DNA from: Parcubacteria group bacterium CG11_big_fil_rev_8_21_14_0_20_39_14
GTDB taxonomy: Bacteria; Patescibacteriota; Minisyncoccia; Minisyncoccales; GCA-002787255
DNA: 33,122 bases
Assembly (NCBI GenBank): GCA_002787255.1
Contig: PCWD01000012.1
Location: forward strand, 8,425 to 41,546
Direction: 5' to 3'
Made by a program: the position numbers and the translations under genes. Of this stretch, positions 1-9,990 are shown piece after piece. The notes below the pieces were generated by a model. That model was not told the origin of the DNA. It searched no databases and saw only the letters and a list, made by a program, of their open reading frames with translations. Positions within the stretch are counted from its first letter, which is position 1, and each line of letters begins with the position of its first letter.

Positions 1-326
1 TCAAAGGCGGCGCACTCGTCCTATCCTTTAGGGGAGGGGACTCGGCCCTATTCGGGCAGCCCCCTTTTGACAAAGAGGCCGGGTTGTCTCTCGCTTTCTG
101 CGCCTATCTTGTCCAGCCCTTCAACCGAAGATTGAGGGCTGTCGGAATTTGTCCCGCCCCTTTCTCGGAAAGGGGCGGGGTCCGAGACGATGAAATAAAA
201 GAAAACTAAAAGCGCTGGCAAAAGAATGTCGGCGCTTTTCTCATTTGTCCCATCAACAAAAAAAACAGGCCGGAAATCAAAAACCGCTTGAAAAAGCCAA
301 TGACGAGCTTCCAGTCCCGAGTTTCT

Positions 327-659
327 TTAATCTATTCCTATTATCATTTTTACGATAGGGATTATCGTTCTTGAAAGCAGCGCCACCGCTATGCCGATTG
401 CGGCGTATAGAAGTTTGTCTCTGGCTGAAGCGACTTTAGTTGCGTCTCCGCCGGCGGTCAAAAATTGAAACGCGCCCATTATAATAAATATAACGGCAAT
501 AATCAGAAAAATGGCAAAGAACCAGTTCACAACATTGTTAAGTATTGTTAATATGTCTATATCCTGCTCTTGCGGACCTTCCGGGGTGGGACCAATGCCA
601 ATGGCAAACGGGGCAAAAAGAAGACCAGAAAATAAAATTGGAACTATATATTTTCGCAT
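327..659 (-). CDS. CPR-type pilin, TrbC/VirB2-like
   Basis: 110 aa; hydrophobic N-terminus, then two hydrophobic helices joined by GAFQFLTAGGDATKVASARDKL. Confidence 0.8.
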   Translation of the reverse strand: MRKYIVPILFSGLLFAPFAIGIGPTPEGPQEQDIDILTILNNVVNWFFAIFLIIAVIFIIMGAFQFLTAGGDATKVASARDKLLYAAIGIAVALLSRTIIPIVKMIIGID

Positions 660-678
660 ATATTCTTTAAAACAATGA

Positions 679-790
679 ATTTCTATCAGTTTCTATAAAT
701 TTCTTTTTTAAAAAAGAAATTAATAGAAATTTGCTCTTCCTGTCAGCTGGCGGCCAGCTGGCGGATTCGCGAAACTTATATAGAAACTCT
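679..790 (-). repeat. TTTC/GAAA phased mirror element with nested insert
   Basis: Sister copies at 2690-2771 and 8674-8757. Confidence 0.75.
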
Positions 791-837
791 TTGTTTAAAT
801 GTTTTTATCCGACCTTTTAGCCGAAAAGCCAATGTTT

Positions 838-916
838 ACCCAGTAGAGCAACTTTGACTTGCTCCGCAAAATGAGATTTTCTAAAAGAAAATTTTGTCAA
901 AGTTGTCTTACTGGGT
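838..916. repeat. Palindromic element ACCCAGTA...TACTGGGT
   Basis: 8-bp terminal IR plus inner stem CAACTTTGAC/GTCAAAGTTG; resembles the ACCCCGTTAG family. Confidence 0.7.
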
Positions 917-961
917 TTAGCTCCGACTACATAAATTGTTAAATTGTCTAATTGCTAATTG

Positions 962-1315
962 CTATCCCTCCACTCCCAATATCATTTTAATAAGGTTAAC
1001 AATTCCGCCGGCCAGCAAGACAATGGCTATGCCGATTGCCAGGTATAAAAGAAGGTTCTTGGCTTTCTTGAGTTTTTCAGGATTCCCGCCGGCTGTCATA
1101 AACATAAAGCCGGCAATAATAGCCATTATGGGAACGATTGCCAATGCCACCATATACAAAAACTTCCAAATTTTACCCAATACTACCTGAATATCGCCTC
1201 CGGTTTGAAGGGGGTCTTCAAATGTAAGCGACAGGACACTTTCTTTTAGGGCAAAGAAAGTTGTTCCCGTTGTTAAAACCATTAGCAAAATGTAAATAAG
1301 TCTTTTGGAAAACAT
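962..1315 (-). CDS. CPR-type pilin, TrbC/VirB2-like (second tandem copy)
   Basis: 117 aa; AGFMFMTAGGNPEKLKKAKNLL between two hydrophobic helices; clear paralog of 327..659. Confidence 0.8.
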   Translation of the reverse strand: MFSKRLIYILLMVLTTGTTFFALKESVLSLTFEDPLQTGGDIQVVLGKIWKFLYMVALAIVPIMAIIAGFMFMTAGGNPEKLKKAKNLLLYLAIGIAIVLLAGGIVNLIKMILGVEG

Positions 1316-1324
1316 AATAAAATA

Positions 1325-2656
1325 CTACTTTTTAAAGAATAAAGACAGTTGTTCGGCCGCGGCCTTCATTGTTTTTTCAATGTTTTGGCCATCTACTATT
1401 AATTCTATCATATCTCCGAAGATTCGGTCAACCGCTAAATTGTCCGGCTGGTACCAGCTTTTAGCTGAAAGGGACTGGTCTAAAAATACTGAAATTTCAG
1501 GATTTTCAGTTTTTTGCCAGGTAATCAAATCGCGTCTGGCTGTTGGATGACCGCTAACCCTCAAATAGCTTTTAATATTTTCAGCTCGGGAAAGCTCGGT
1601 TAAAAACTCCCAGGCCGCCAAAGGATATTTTGAGTTGGCTCCAACGGTCAAGCCCCAATAATTCGGATAATTTATCGGCACCCTGATATCTTTTGGCTGG
1701 GGCAGAGGAGAGATTGAAAAATCAAGCCGGGCGGCTTTTTCTCGAAGGGTTGGCAAATGATGAGAATAATTAAGCATCATCGCGGTTTTTTCTACATAAA
1801 AAGAATCAATTGAGTAATGCATATTTTTGTTCCAGGTATAGACCTTTTTAAGGGGATTGGCAAAGTCTGTATAAAACTCAAGAGCTCTGGCCCCGGGAGA
1901 AATTCTTTCTTCGCCGAACTCTATTTCTTTTCTGAAAACTTCTTTTTGCTTTTCTTTATCGGTGATTTCTGTGCCGCTTTGGAGCATTAAAGCCGCCAGG
2001 ATGTCGGTTGAGCGATTTATGTTTTTGGCCGTTCCCATTGCCGCTCCCGCTCTGATAATATCTCCTTTTTCGTTTAATCTGGTTAATTTGGGCACAACTT
2101 CAATAAATTCCTCCCAGGTTTTGGGGGGCTCCGGGATTTTTTCCTTGGCAAATATGCTTTTGTTCCAATAAAGAGCCATAGTATCAACATAAATAGGCAG
2201 AGCGTAAATTGTCTCATCTTCAATAAAATCGCTAAAAGCGACATCAACAAAAACATTTTGGAAATCATAAGGCGTCATAAATTTGAATTCCTTTTCCTTG
2301 CCGGGGATAATTTTGGGCATAGGATAAATTTTTTCTTTGTGTTTTGGGAGCCAGGTGTGGTGAAAATAAAAAATATCGGGACCCCCCCCGCTGGCCAGAG
2401 CATTAACGAGGTCTTTTTCGTATTCTAAATAATCTCTTTTGTAATATTTTATTTCGCAATTTTTATGCTTCTTTTGATAAGAAGCAATTATTTCTTCAAA
2501 AACTTTGGGCTCATCAAAAATTCCCCAGATGGCGAGTTTGTATTTTGGTCCAACCGGTGTTCTCAAGCCGGGAATTACCCCGGTAATTAAAAGCAGGGCA
2601 AAGATTATTACTATTGAAACACCGGCTATAATAATGATATGGAATCTTTCAAACAT
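1325..2656 (-). CDS. Extracellular solute-binding protein, sugar-binding family 1-like, membrane anchored
   Basis: 443 aa; N-terminal TM; LASGGGPDIF, ALPIYVDTMALYWNK and PPKTWEEF motifs. Confidence 0.85.
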   Translation of the reverse strand: MFERFHIIIIAGVSIVIIFALLLITGVIPGLRTPVGPKYKLAIWGIFDEPKVFEEIIASYQKKHKNCEIKYYKRDYLEYEKDLVNALASGGGPDIFYFHHTWLPKHKEKIYPMPKIIPGKEKEFKFMTPYDFQNVFVDVAFSDFIEDETIYALPIYVDTMALYWNKSIFAKEKIPEPPKTWEEFIEVVPKLTRLNEKGDIIRAGAAMGTAKNINRSTDILAALMLQSGTEITDKEKQKEVFRKEIEFGEERISPGARALEFYTDFANPLKKVYTWNKNMHYSIDSFYVEKTAMMLNYSHHLPTLREKAARLDFSISPLPQPKDIRVPINYPNYWGLTVGANSKYPLAAWEFLTELSRAENIKSYLRVSGHPTARRDLITWQKTENPEISVFLDQSLSAKSWYQPDNLAVDRIFGDMIELIVDGQNIEKTMKAAAEQLSLFFKK

Positions 2657-2813
2657 TGAACGAAAATCTCAAGCGCCAAACGCCAAGCAATAAATTTCCA
2701 TAAATTTCGCGAAGCCAGGTTTCTATAAATTTCTGAAACTTATTGAAATTTGTAGAAACTAATAGAAATTATTTGTTTGGAATTTGTGATTTGGAAAATT
2801 AAGATTAGAAATT

Positions 2814-3371
2814 TTAGGTTAGTTTAGCCATAGTCAGGCCATAATGATATTCTCCGGCTGAAAATTCCCTGATTATTCTAAAACCTTCACTCTCGGCCAA
2901 TCTCTTTGCGGTTTCTCTGGAAATCCTTGTTCTTCTCGGCGGTCCGACAAAAGAATCTTCTGACCAATCAACCATTATTAAACTCCCTTGTTTTTTCAAA
3001 ACTCGGGTAGCTTCTTTTAGAATTTCTGATTTGCCCGGTGACTGATACAATATATTTGCCAATAAAACCAAATCCATAGAATCATCGGGCAGCCTGGAGC
3101 CTTTTTCTTTTTCTAAATCCCCCTTAATGTATTTAATATTTAAAAGGCCTTCTTTTTTTGCCATAGACCTGACTGCTCCCAAGGCCGAATTTTGAATATC
3201 AATAGCATAAACTATTCCATTATCTCCGGCAGCTTTTGCCAGGGGAATGGAAAAATATCCGTGGCCGCAGCCAAAATCAGCGATTTTCATTTCCAGCAAA
3301 ATCCCAAATTCTTTGATTACGAACTCGGGTTTTATAAAGCCCCCGGCACCTCTCGGAAACTTCGTTTCCAT
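2814..3371 (-). CDS. Class I SAM-dependent methyltransferase
   Basis: IADFGCGHG motif I, VYAIDIQ, DLVLLANIL. ATG at 3371 preferred because the track start at 3386 lies in an intergenic repeat. Confidence 0.85.
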   Translation of the reverse strand: METKFPRGAGGFIKPEFVIKEFGILLEMKIADFGCGHGYFSIPLAKAAGDNGIVYAIDIQNSALGAVRSMAKKEGLLNIKYIKGDLEKEKGSRLPDDSMDLVLLANILYQSPGKSEILKEATRVLKKQGSLIMVDWSEDSFVGPPRRTRISRETAKRLAESEGFRIIREFSAGEYHYGLTMAKLT

Positions 3372-3517
3372 GAAATCAAATATCAAATATCAAAAATCAA
3401 AATATAATAAAGTTTTAAGATTTATTAATTTTGAATTTTAATTTGCCTGCCCCGTAGCGAACTTTGTTTTTTGCTACTCGGGGTCATTTTGCATTTTGAT
3501 TTTTGCATTTTGAATTT

Positions 3518-5941
3518 TTAAACGCAGGTGGCTGAAACCACCTTATCGCCTTCCCCCAATGTCATTATTTTTACTCCCTGAGTAACCCTTCTCATTAAAG
3601 AAATATTTTTTAAATCCACTCTTATTACCTGACCCTTTTGGGAAACAGCTATTAAACTTTCTTCATCTTGCGATAAAACTTTTGCCCAGATAAGATTACC
3701 GGTTTTTTTTGTTAACTTAAATGTTTTTATTCCCAAACCTCCTCTTTTTTGAATTCGGTAATCTTTTAATTTTGTTCTCTTTCCAAACCCATTTTCCGAC
3801 ACCACTAACAATTCTAAACCTTGTTGCTTATTTTTGATTATTCCCATCCCCACAATTTCGTCCCCCTCTTTTATGTTCATGCCTTTTATTCCGGAAGTTC
3901 CCCGGCTCATCGGCCTTAAAGAGTCCTGGGAAAATCTGATTGATTGCCCAAATTTGCTTACTAAAATTATTTCATCTCCATCATTGCAGAGCCAGGCAAA
4001 AGCAAGAAGGTCGTTCTTTCGAAGCTTTATTGCACAAATTCCTGTTTTTCGGATGTTTTTAAAGGAGTCTTGTGGCGTTTTCTTTATTATACCACAAGAG
4101 GTAACCATTACTAAATATTTTTGAGACTCTTTTTTTCGCAAAGGAACCATAGCGGTAATTTTTTCGTCCGGCCTCAATCCCAAGAAGTTAAACAGGGATT
4201 TTCCGCGAGATACCCGATTTGCCTCGGGAATTTCATAAACTTTGGTTTCGAAAATATTGCCCTGGTTGCTAAAGAAAAGCAATATATCATGGGTCATAGC
4301 TGAAAGAAAATGGGTAACAAAATCTTCTCTTTCCTGGGAAATGCCGATAATCCCCTTGCCTCCGCGTTTTTGAATTTTGTAAGAATTCGGATTAACTCTT
4401 TTGATATAGCCGGTCTGGGTTAAAGAAATGAGCATTTCTTCCTGGGGAATGAGGTCTTCTCCGGAAATTTCGTCAACCTTTTGGGAAAAGACTTTGGTTT
4501 TCCGCTGGTCGCCGTATTCCTCTCGGATTTCCCTAAACTCTTCGATAATTTTGTTGGAAATTAATTTCGGGTATTTTAAAAGTTTGTTAAGTTCTTTTAT
4601 TTCTTTGACTTTTTTGGAATATTCTTCCTCAATTTTTTTTCGTTCAAGCCCGGCCAGAGCTGACAGAGGCAGCTGCAAAATTGCTTGAGCTTGAGCTTTT
4701 GAAAATTTAAATTCCTTAAGCAGGTTTATTCCGGCATCTTCCTTCGTTTTGGACTTTTTTATTATCCTTATGACCAAATCTATTTTTAGAAGAGCTTTTC
4801 TCAGTCCCTCTAAAATATGGAGTCTCTCTTTTGATTTTAATAAATCATATTCCGTTCTTCTCTTAATAACTGTTCGGCGATGCTCAATAAAATGCCAGAG
4901 GACATCCTTTAAAGACAAAACCTGGGGCTGGATTCCTCCAACCAAAGCTAAAATGTTTAAATAAAAAGGTTTTTGCAAATCAGTAAATTTATAAAGTTGA
5001 TTTAGGATTTTTTGGGGAAAAGCTCCGCTTGAGAGGTCCATAACTATTCTTATGCCCTCCCTACTAGATTCGTCTCTAATTGCTCGGATGCCGTCTATTT
5101 TCTTTTCTTTAACTAAATTAGCAATGTTTTCCACCAGGGCGGATTTTTGAACCTGAAAAGGAATTTCGGAAATTATGAGCTGGAGTTTTTGAGCTTCTAT
5201 AATTTCTGCTTTGCCCCGTATAATTATTGAGCCCTTGCCCTGGGAATAAGCTTCAACTATTGCTTTCTGGTCATAAATAAAACCCCCGGTTGGAAAGTCG
5301 GGACCTTTTATAAACTGGAGAAGGTCAAAGCAAGTAGACTTTGGGTTTTTGACCAAAAAAATTAAACCGTCGCAAAGCTCTGAAAGATTGTGAGGGGGAA
5401 TGTTTGTTGCCATACCAACGGCAATTCCAACAGTCCCATTAAGTAAAAGTTGGGGAATTTTTGACGGCAAAACAGTCGGCTCTTTTCTGGTTTCATCATA
5501 ATTATCAAGAAAGTCAACTGTATTTTTATCAATATCACTCAATATCTCTTCGCCAATTTTTGAAAGCCTGGCTTCCGAATAGCGCATCGCGCTCGGGGGA
5601 TCGCCGTCTATTGAGCCAAAATTCCCTTGCCCCTGAACTAGCGGGTATCTTAAAGAAAAATCCTGGGCCATTCGAACCAAACTGTCATAAATTGCTATAT
5701 CTCCGTGAGGATGATATCTTGACATTGTATTGCCAACAATCATTGCTGATTTTCTAAATTTGGCATCATGTTTTAAACCATCTTCGTGCATTGCATACAA
5801 AATTCTTCGATGAACCGGCTTTAAACCGTCCCTGACATCAGGCAGCGCCCTTGAGACAATAACGGACATCGCGTAGTCAATATAGGACTCTTTCATTTCC
5901 TCGGTTATTTCTCTTTTTTGAATATTCTGCATAAATTCCAT
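3518..5941 (-). CDS. gyrA: DNA gyrase subunit A
   Basis: [23 protein letters not shown], catalytic AMRY, GyrA-box QKRGGKG, C-terminal pinwheel repeats. Start may be 5932. Confidence 0.97.
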   Translation of the reverse strand: MEFMQNIQKREITEEMKESYIDYAMSVIVSRALPDVRDGLKPVHRRILYAMHEDGLKHDAKFRKSAMIVGNTMSRYHPHGDIAIYDSLVRMAQDFSLRYPLVQGQGNFGSIDGDPPSAMRYSEARLSKIGEEILSDIDKNTVDFLDNYDETRKEPTVLPSKIPQLLLNGTVGIAVGMATNIPPHNLSELCDGLIFLVKNPKSTCFDLLQFIKGPDFPTGGFIYDQKAIVEAYSQGKGSIIIRGKAEIIEAQKLQLIISEIPFQVQKSALVENIANLVKEKKIDGIRAIRDESSREGIRIVMDLSSGAFPQKILNQLYKFTDLQKPFYLNILALVGGIQPQVLSLKDVLWHFIEHRRTVIKRRTEYDLLKSKERLHILEGLRKALLKIDLVIRIIKKSKTKEDAGINLLKEFKFSKAQAQAILQLPLSALAGLERKKIEEEYSKKVKEIKELNKLLKYPKLISNKIIEEFREIREEYGDQRKTKVFSQKVDEISGEDLIPQEEMLISLTQTGYIKRVNPNSYKIQKRGGKGIIGISQEREDFVTHFLSAMTHDILLFFSNQGNIFETKVYEIPEANRVSRGKSLFNFLGLRPDEKITAMVPLRKKESQKYLVMVTSCGIIKKTPQDSFKNIRKTGICAIKLRKNDLLAFAWLCNDGDEIILVSKFGQSIRFSQDSLRPMSRGTSGIKGMNIKEGDEIVGMGIIKNKQQGLELLVVSENGFGKRTKLKDYRIQKRGGLGIKTFKLTKKTGNLIWAKVLSQDEESLIAVSQKGQVIRVDLKNISLMRRVTQGVKIMTLGEGDKVVSATCV

Positions 5942-6032
5942 ACGAATGATTATGGAAATTATACCAATATGCGGATTCGCATATTGGCATTATTCGCATT
6001 CAATTCACACCCTTATTCGTATGATTCGCTCT

Positions 6033-6374
6033 TTATTTGGGAGCGGGGCTCTTTTTTTGTTGAGCATCTCCTTCTTTTTTGGTCCGTTTCTCTTCTTCAA
6101 AAAGTTTTTCAAATTCTTCAATTTCTAATCTTGAAGTTTCCTCAAGCTGTTTAACCTTTTCCCTTAACTGAATGGGCGGCAGTTCCTTTTTTATATCTTC
6201 AAGAATGTCCCCTGAGGATTTTTTAATTTTTCCGCTTTCAGTTTTCAGGTTTTCAAAATAATGCCCCAAATTTCTGAGCCAAAAAAAACCAATGATACCA
6301 ACTGAAATAATCAGGGCTACCCAGAAAATTTTTGTTTTTGTCTTCTCGGATTTTTTCTGTAATTTTTCAAACAT
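6033..6374 (-). CDS. Hypothetical single-pass membrane protein
   Basis: 113 aa; one TM helix, charged tail; co-oriented with neighbours. Confidence 0.7.
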   Translation of the reverse strand: MFEKLQKKSEKTKTKIFWVALIISVGIIGFFWLRNLGHYFENLKTESGKIKKSSGDILEDIKKELPPIQLREKVKQLEETSRLEIEEFEKLFEEEKRTKKEGDAQQKKSPAPK

Positions 6375-6560
6375 CCCAAAATAAAATTTCTAATTTTAAA
6401 TAAAATGTCTAATGCCAATGCTAATCTACGAATTAAAAAATGCTAATCCGCGAATATTAAATTCTTCCTGGATTCCCATTAAAAATTTCCGCATTATTCG
6501 TACTGGTATCAGTTGAGATTTTCATTAGAAATCAGGAATTAGGAATTTGTCATTTCAAGA

Positions 6561-7223
6561 TTATATCGGTTTCATTACCACCACCCTTGTTTCTTCTTGA
6601 GACAGCTCTTTTTTCTTGATAACTAATTTTTCTAGAGGTTCAACCTTTCCTCCCTTTATTGCCTTTAAAAAATTATCAATTCCTTCAAGCTTAATATTGA
6701 GCCCCGGAATTTTATAGTGCATTGGAATTGCTATTTTAGGCTCAAGTTGATTTACGAGTCTTGAAGCCCGTTCTCCGGAAATTGTAAATATTCCCCCGAC
6801 CGGTATCATTAAAACATCCACGCCATCCAATTTATCAAGTTGCTCTTCGGTGAGTTCTTTTTGTCCAAGGTCTCCTAAATGACAGATTCTGATTTCCTCA
6901 GATTCTATTACATAAATTGTTGATAGTCCTCGTTCCTTTCCCTCCTCTGCGTCGTGAAAGGCGGAGATTCCCTGAATGTTAATTCCTTTTATTTCATATT
7001 CGCCGGGCCCCTCAATTACAAAAGGCTCTCCTTTTATTGCTTTGATGTTGTTATGGTCGTAGTGGTCGTGGGTTACCAAAACTATATCACCTTGTCCCGA
7101 AGGCGGACGAAGCCCAATTGATTTATCAAATGGGTCAATATAAATTACCAACTCTTCTTTAGGGTTTCTGGTTTGAATTTTAAAACAGGAATGGCCGTAC
7201 CAGGTTATTGTCATAGATTCCAT
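6561..7223 (-). CDS. MBL-fold metallo-hydrolase
   Basis: ITWYGHSCF, IDPF, VTHDHYDH, HLGDLG, IPMHY. Start 7223 or 7214; the longer track ORF reads through a repeat element. Confidence 0.9.
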   Translation of the reverse strand: MESMTITWYGHSCFKIQTRNPKEELVIYIDPFDKSIGLRPPSGQGDIVLVTHDHYDHNNIKAIKGEPFVIEGPGEYEIKGINIQGISAFHDAEEGKERGLSTIYVIESEEIRICHLGDLGQKELTEEQLDKLDGVDVLMIPVGGIFTISGERASRLVNQLEPKIAIPMHYKIPGLNIKLEGIDNFLKAIKGGKVEPLEKLVIKKKELSQEETRVVVMKPI

Positions 7224-7359
7224 ACGAATAATTATGCAAATTATATGCGAATTAAACAAATATGCGAATGAATTCAACAAACCCGCCATCCTGAGATTGC
7301 CAAAGAATTCGCATATTAGCATTATTCGCATTCAATTCGCATCCTTATTCGTATGATTC
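7212..7359 (-). repeat. GCGAAT/ATTCGC phased mirror element
   Basis: Sister copies at 5930-6027 and 17313-17394. Confidence 0.8.
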
Positions 7360-7366
7360 ACTTTCT

Positions 7367-7409
7367 ATTTTATCACAAACCCTTGTCAAAATCAAAGGAT
7401 TGTTATAAC
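7367..7409. promoter_or_regulatory. Putative divergent sigma70 promoters (MBL gene / rpsA)
   Basis: Minus: TTGATT-17-TAAAAT with extended TG. Plus: extended -10 TGtTATAAC. Confidence 0.45.
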
Positions 7410-7436
7410 CTTTACATAGAGCAGAAAGTCAAAGAA

Positions 7437-7527
7437 TCTGTGTGGTTTGGTGTTCAAATCTGTGTGTATCTGTGTTGGAAAGTTTTTTACACAAAACAAC
7501 ACAAAAAAGAACACAGATAAACACAGA
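7437..7527 (+). repeat. TCTGTGT/ACACAGA phased mirror element, rpsA leader
   Basis: Units at 7437, 7447, 7459, 7469 and 7489, 7499, 7511, 7521. Confidence 0.8.
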
Positions 7528-7549
7528 AAAATAATTAAAGATTAAAAGG

Positions 7550-8671
7550 ATGACAGAAGAAATTAAAGAAGACAAAAAAATAAAAATAAGGGGATTGTTT
7601 ACAAAATCCTTCATTCCTTTCGTTCCAAAAGCCGGCGATATAATTGAGGGAAAAATAATTGAAAAAAGCGCAAAATCGCTCTATTTGGATTTTGGAGACA
7701 TTGGAATTGGAACAATATCCGGAGATGAGTGCAAAGAAGCTGGTCAGGGTTTTAAAGAATTAAAAGTCGGGGATACTATTTTTGCCAAAATTATTAATTT
7801 GGAAAGTCCAAAAGGTTATGTGGAGCTTTCTTTAAAGCAAGCCGGGAAAGACTTAAACTGGCTTAAGCTTCAGGAAAAAATGCAAAAAAAGGAGCTCATT
7901 GAGGTAAAAATTTCTGAAGCCAACAGGGGAGGGTTAGTTGCTGAAATCTATGACATCCCCGCTTTTTTGCCGGTATCTCAACTATCCCCTGAGCATTATC
8001 CAAGGGTTAAAGACGGTGATAAAGAAAAAATCTTTGAGGAGCTTAAAAAGTTTCTAGGAAAAAATATGCAAGTTCAAATAATAGATGTGGAGCCAAAAGA
8101 AGGAAGATTGATAATTTCAGAAAAGGTCGAAGCCCAAGAAAGGCTTAAAGAAATTTTAAAGAAATACAAGACCGGAGATATAGTTGAGGGAGAAATTGGC
8201 AGCATTGTTGATTTCGGTGTCTTTGTAAAATTTCCCGCAGACTCGCCGGAAGAAAAAAAACTTGAAGGGCTTGTTCATATCTCAGAATTGGATTACAAAT
8301 TAGTCAAAAACCCTCAAGATATTGTGAAAATCGGTGAGCGCGTTCAAGTAAAAATTATTAACATTGAAAATGCAAAAATCTCTCTCTCTTTGAAAGCCTT
8401 AAAAGAAGATCCCTGGAAATCCATAGAAGAAAAATATAAAAAGGGTGATATAGTTTTGGGCAAGGTTATTAAATTTAGTCCTTTTGGCGCCTTTGTTGAA
8501 CTTCCCGGCAATATTCAGGGACTTTTGCACATTTCCGAATTTGGCTCAGAAAGAAAGATGAAAGAGCTAATAGAAATTGGGAAAGAATATAAATTTAAGA
8601 TTTTATTGGTTGATGCGGATAGACGCAGAATAGCTTTAGGCCTATCTTCGGATATACCAACGAAGGAATAA
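7550..8671 (+). CDS. rpsA: 30S ribosomal protein S1 (four S1 domains)
   Basis: Four S1 repeats; EANRGGL, AFLPVSQL, FGVFV..EGLVHISEL, GLLHISEF. Confidence 0.9.
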   Translation: MTEEIKEDKKIKIRGLFTKSFIPFVPKAGDIIEGKIIEKSAKSLYLDFGDIGIGTISGDECKEAGQGFKELKVGDTIFAKIINLESPKGYVELSLKQAGKDLNWLKLQEKMQKKELIEVKISEANRGGLVAEIYDIPAFLPVSQLSPEHYPRVKDGDKEKIFEELKKFLGKNMQVQIIDVEPKEGRLIISEKVEAQERLKEILKKYKTGDIVEGEIGSIVDFGVFVKFPADSPEEKKLEGLVHISELDYKLVKNPQDIVKIGERVQVKIINIENAKISLSLKALKEDPWKSIEEKYKKGDIVLGKVIKFSPFGAFVELPGNIQGLLHISEFGSERKMKELIEIGKEYKFKILLVDADRRRIALGLSSDIPTKE

Positions 8672-8757
8672 CAATAAGTTTCTATAAGTTTTGCGAAGCA
8701 AATTTCCATTAACTTCAGAAACTTATAGAAATTTGTAGAAACTAATAGAAATTAATT

Positions 8758-9786
8758 GTGAGAAACGCACAAGAAGAAATAGATTTAAAAACAATTGTTT
8801 GGTTTGATATTTTTAACTGGCCGCTTACTTTAGCCGAAATCAAAAAGTATTCAAATCTTCCGCCAGACATGCTGACGTCCGCCTGCAACGTTTTGCGTAG
8901 CACTGAGGCCGGGCAAGTCATGCAGGCTGGCATCCTATCCGTTGGGGAATCAAGACAAAATAAAGCCATTGAAAATTCTGATGGTTTTTATTTTTTAAAA
9001 GGACGAAAAGAAATTATCCGCCAGAGAATTCTTCGGCAAAAAATTGCCGTCAGAAAAATAAAAATAGCAAAAAAAGCAACTAAAATTTTAAGTTTCATTC
9101 CCTTTGTTAAAATGGCGGCTGTTTGCAACGACTTGGCTTATTTTAATGCGCCAAGCGAAAGCGATATTGATTTTTTTATTATTGTAAGAAGGGGAAGAAT
9201 TTGGCTTACAAGGTTTCTTGCAACCCTGACCCTTTTTATTTTGGGTCTTTGGAGACACGGGGAAAAAATAAAAGACAGAATTTGTTTGAGTTTTTTTATC
9301 ACCGATGACAATTTGAATCTAAAAAAGTTTGCCTATATAGAGGATACTTATTTAAAATATTGGGTTTTACAAATTCGGCCGCTATTTGACAGGGCTGGGG
9401 CATATCAAAATTTTCTCAAAGAGAATTATTGGGTTCTAAAAGATTTTCCAAATTTTTTTTCAAACATTTCCTCACCGAAAATAAAAATTCGGCGAAACTC
9501 TTTGCAGTTGAGCTTTGAGAAAATCTTAGGCGGCAGGTTTGGCAATTTTTTAGAAAAGTTTTTTAAAAAAATTCAATTAAGGACAATGAAGAAAAAGAGA
9601 CCTGTTTATATCGCTCCTGCCGCAACTTCGCGGATGTTGGCGGGCGCGGGCAGGAAAGACGTCATAATTTCTGACAAAATACTGAAATTTCACGAAAAAG
9701 ACCGCCGAAAACATTTTCAAAGAGTATTTAAAGAAAGATTAAAAGAAGTTTGCAAAAACAATAACAGTTTCGTCAGGGGTGGTTAA
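8758..9786 (+). CDS. Nucleotidyltransferase-domain protein with two GC-rich in-frame palindromic inserts
   Basis: IPFVKMAAVCNDLA..SESDIDFFII (DxD), GRIWLTR, DRICLSFF; GTG start. Confidence 0.7.
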   Translation: MRNAQEEIDLKTIVWFDIFNWPLTLAEIKKYSNLPPDMLTSACNVLRSTEAGQVMQAGILSVGESRQNKAIENSDGFYFLKGRKEIIRQRILRQKIAVRKIKIAKKATKILSFIPFVKMAAVCNDLAYFNAPSESDIDFFIIVRRGRIWLTRFLATLTLFILGLWRHGEKIKDRICLSFFITDDNLNLKKFAYIEDTYLKYWVLQIRPLFDRAGAYQNFLKENYWVLKDFPNFFSNISSPKIKIRRNSLQLSFEKILGGRFGNFLEKFFKKIQLRTMKKKRPVYIAPAATSRMLAGAGRKDVIISDKILKFHEKDRRKHFQRVFKERLKEVCKNNNSFVRGG

Positions 9787-9809
9787 AATGACAAACAGCC
9801 TTTGGCCAG

Positions 9810-9841
9810 TGAAGAATATGAGACACATCGGTAACACCCCC
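9810..9841 (+). mobile_element. Solitary diverged IS end (IS481-like)
   Basis: TGAAGAATATGAGACACATCGGTAACACCCC aligns without gaps to the ends at 29316 (+) and 13110 (-). Confidence 0.55.
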
Positions 9842-9990
9842 AAGTGGAAAAATGGTGTCGGAAAGAAAAATGGTACACGTCCCTATTTTCGTCCCTATTT
9901 TCGCTATTTTCGTCCCCCCGTGTTTATATAGAAAACAAGGAAAATCGTCCACTACTGCCTGCAAAAATTTGACAAGAATTACGAAGAATT

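Noticed and set aside
1..110. RNase P RNA, tmRNA or group II intron start
   Set aside because: Only short partial matches on the minus strand (ACAACCCGGC, GGGGCTG, GTGCG); other required motifs not found
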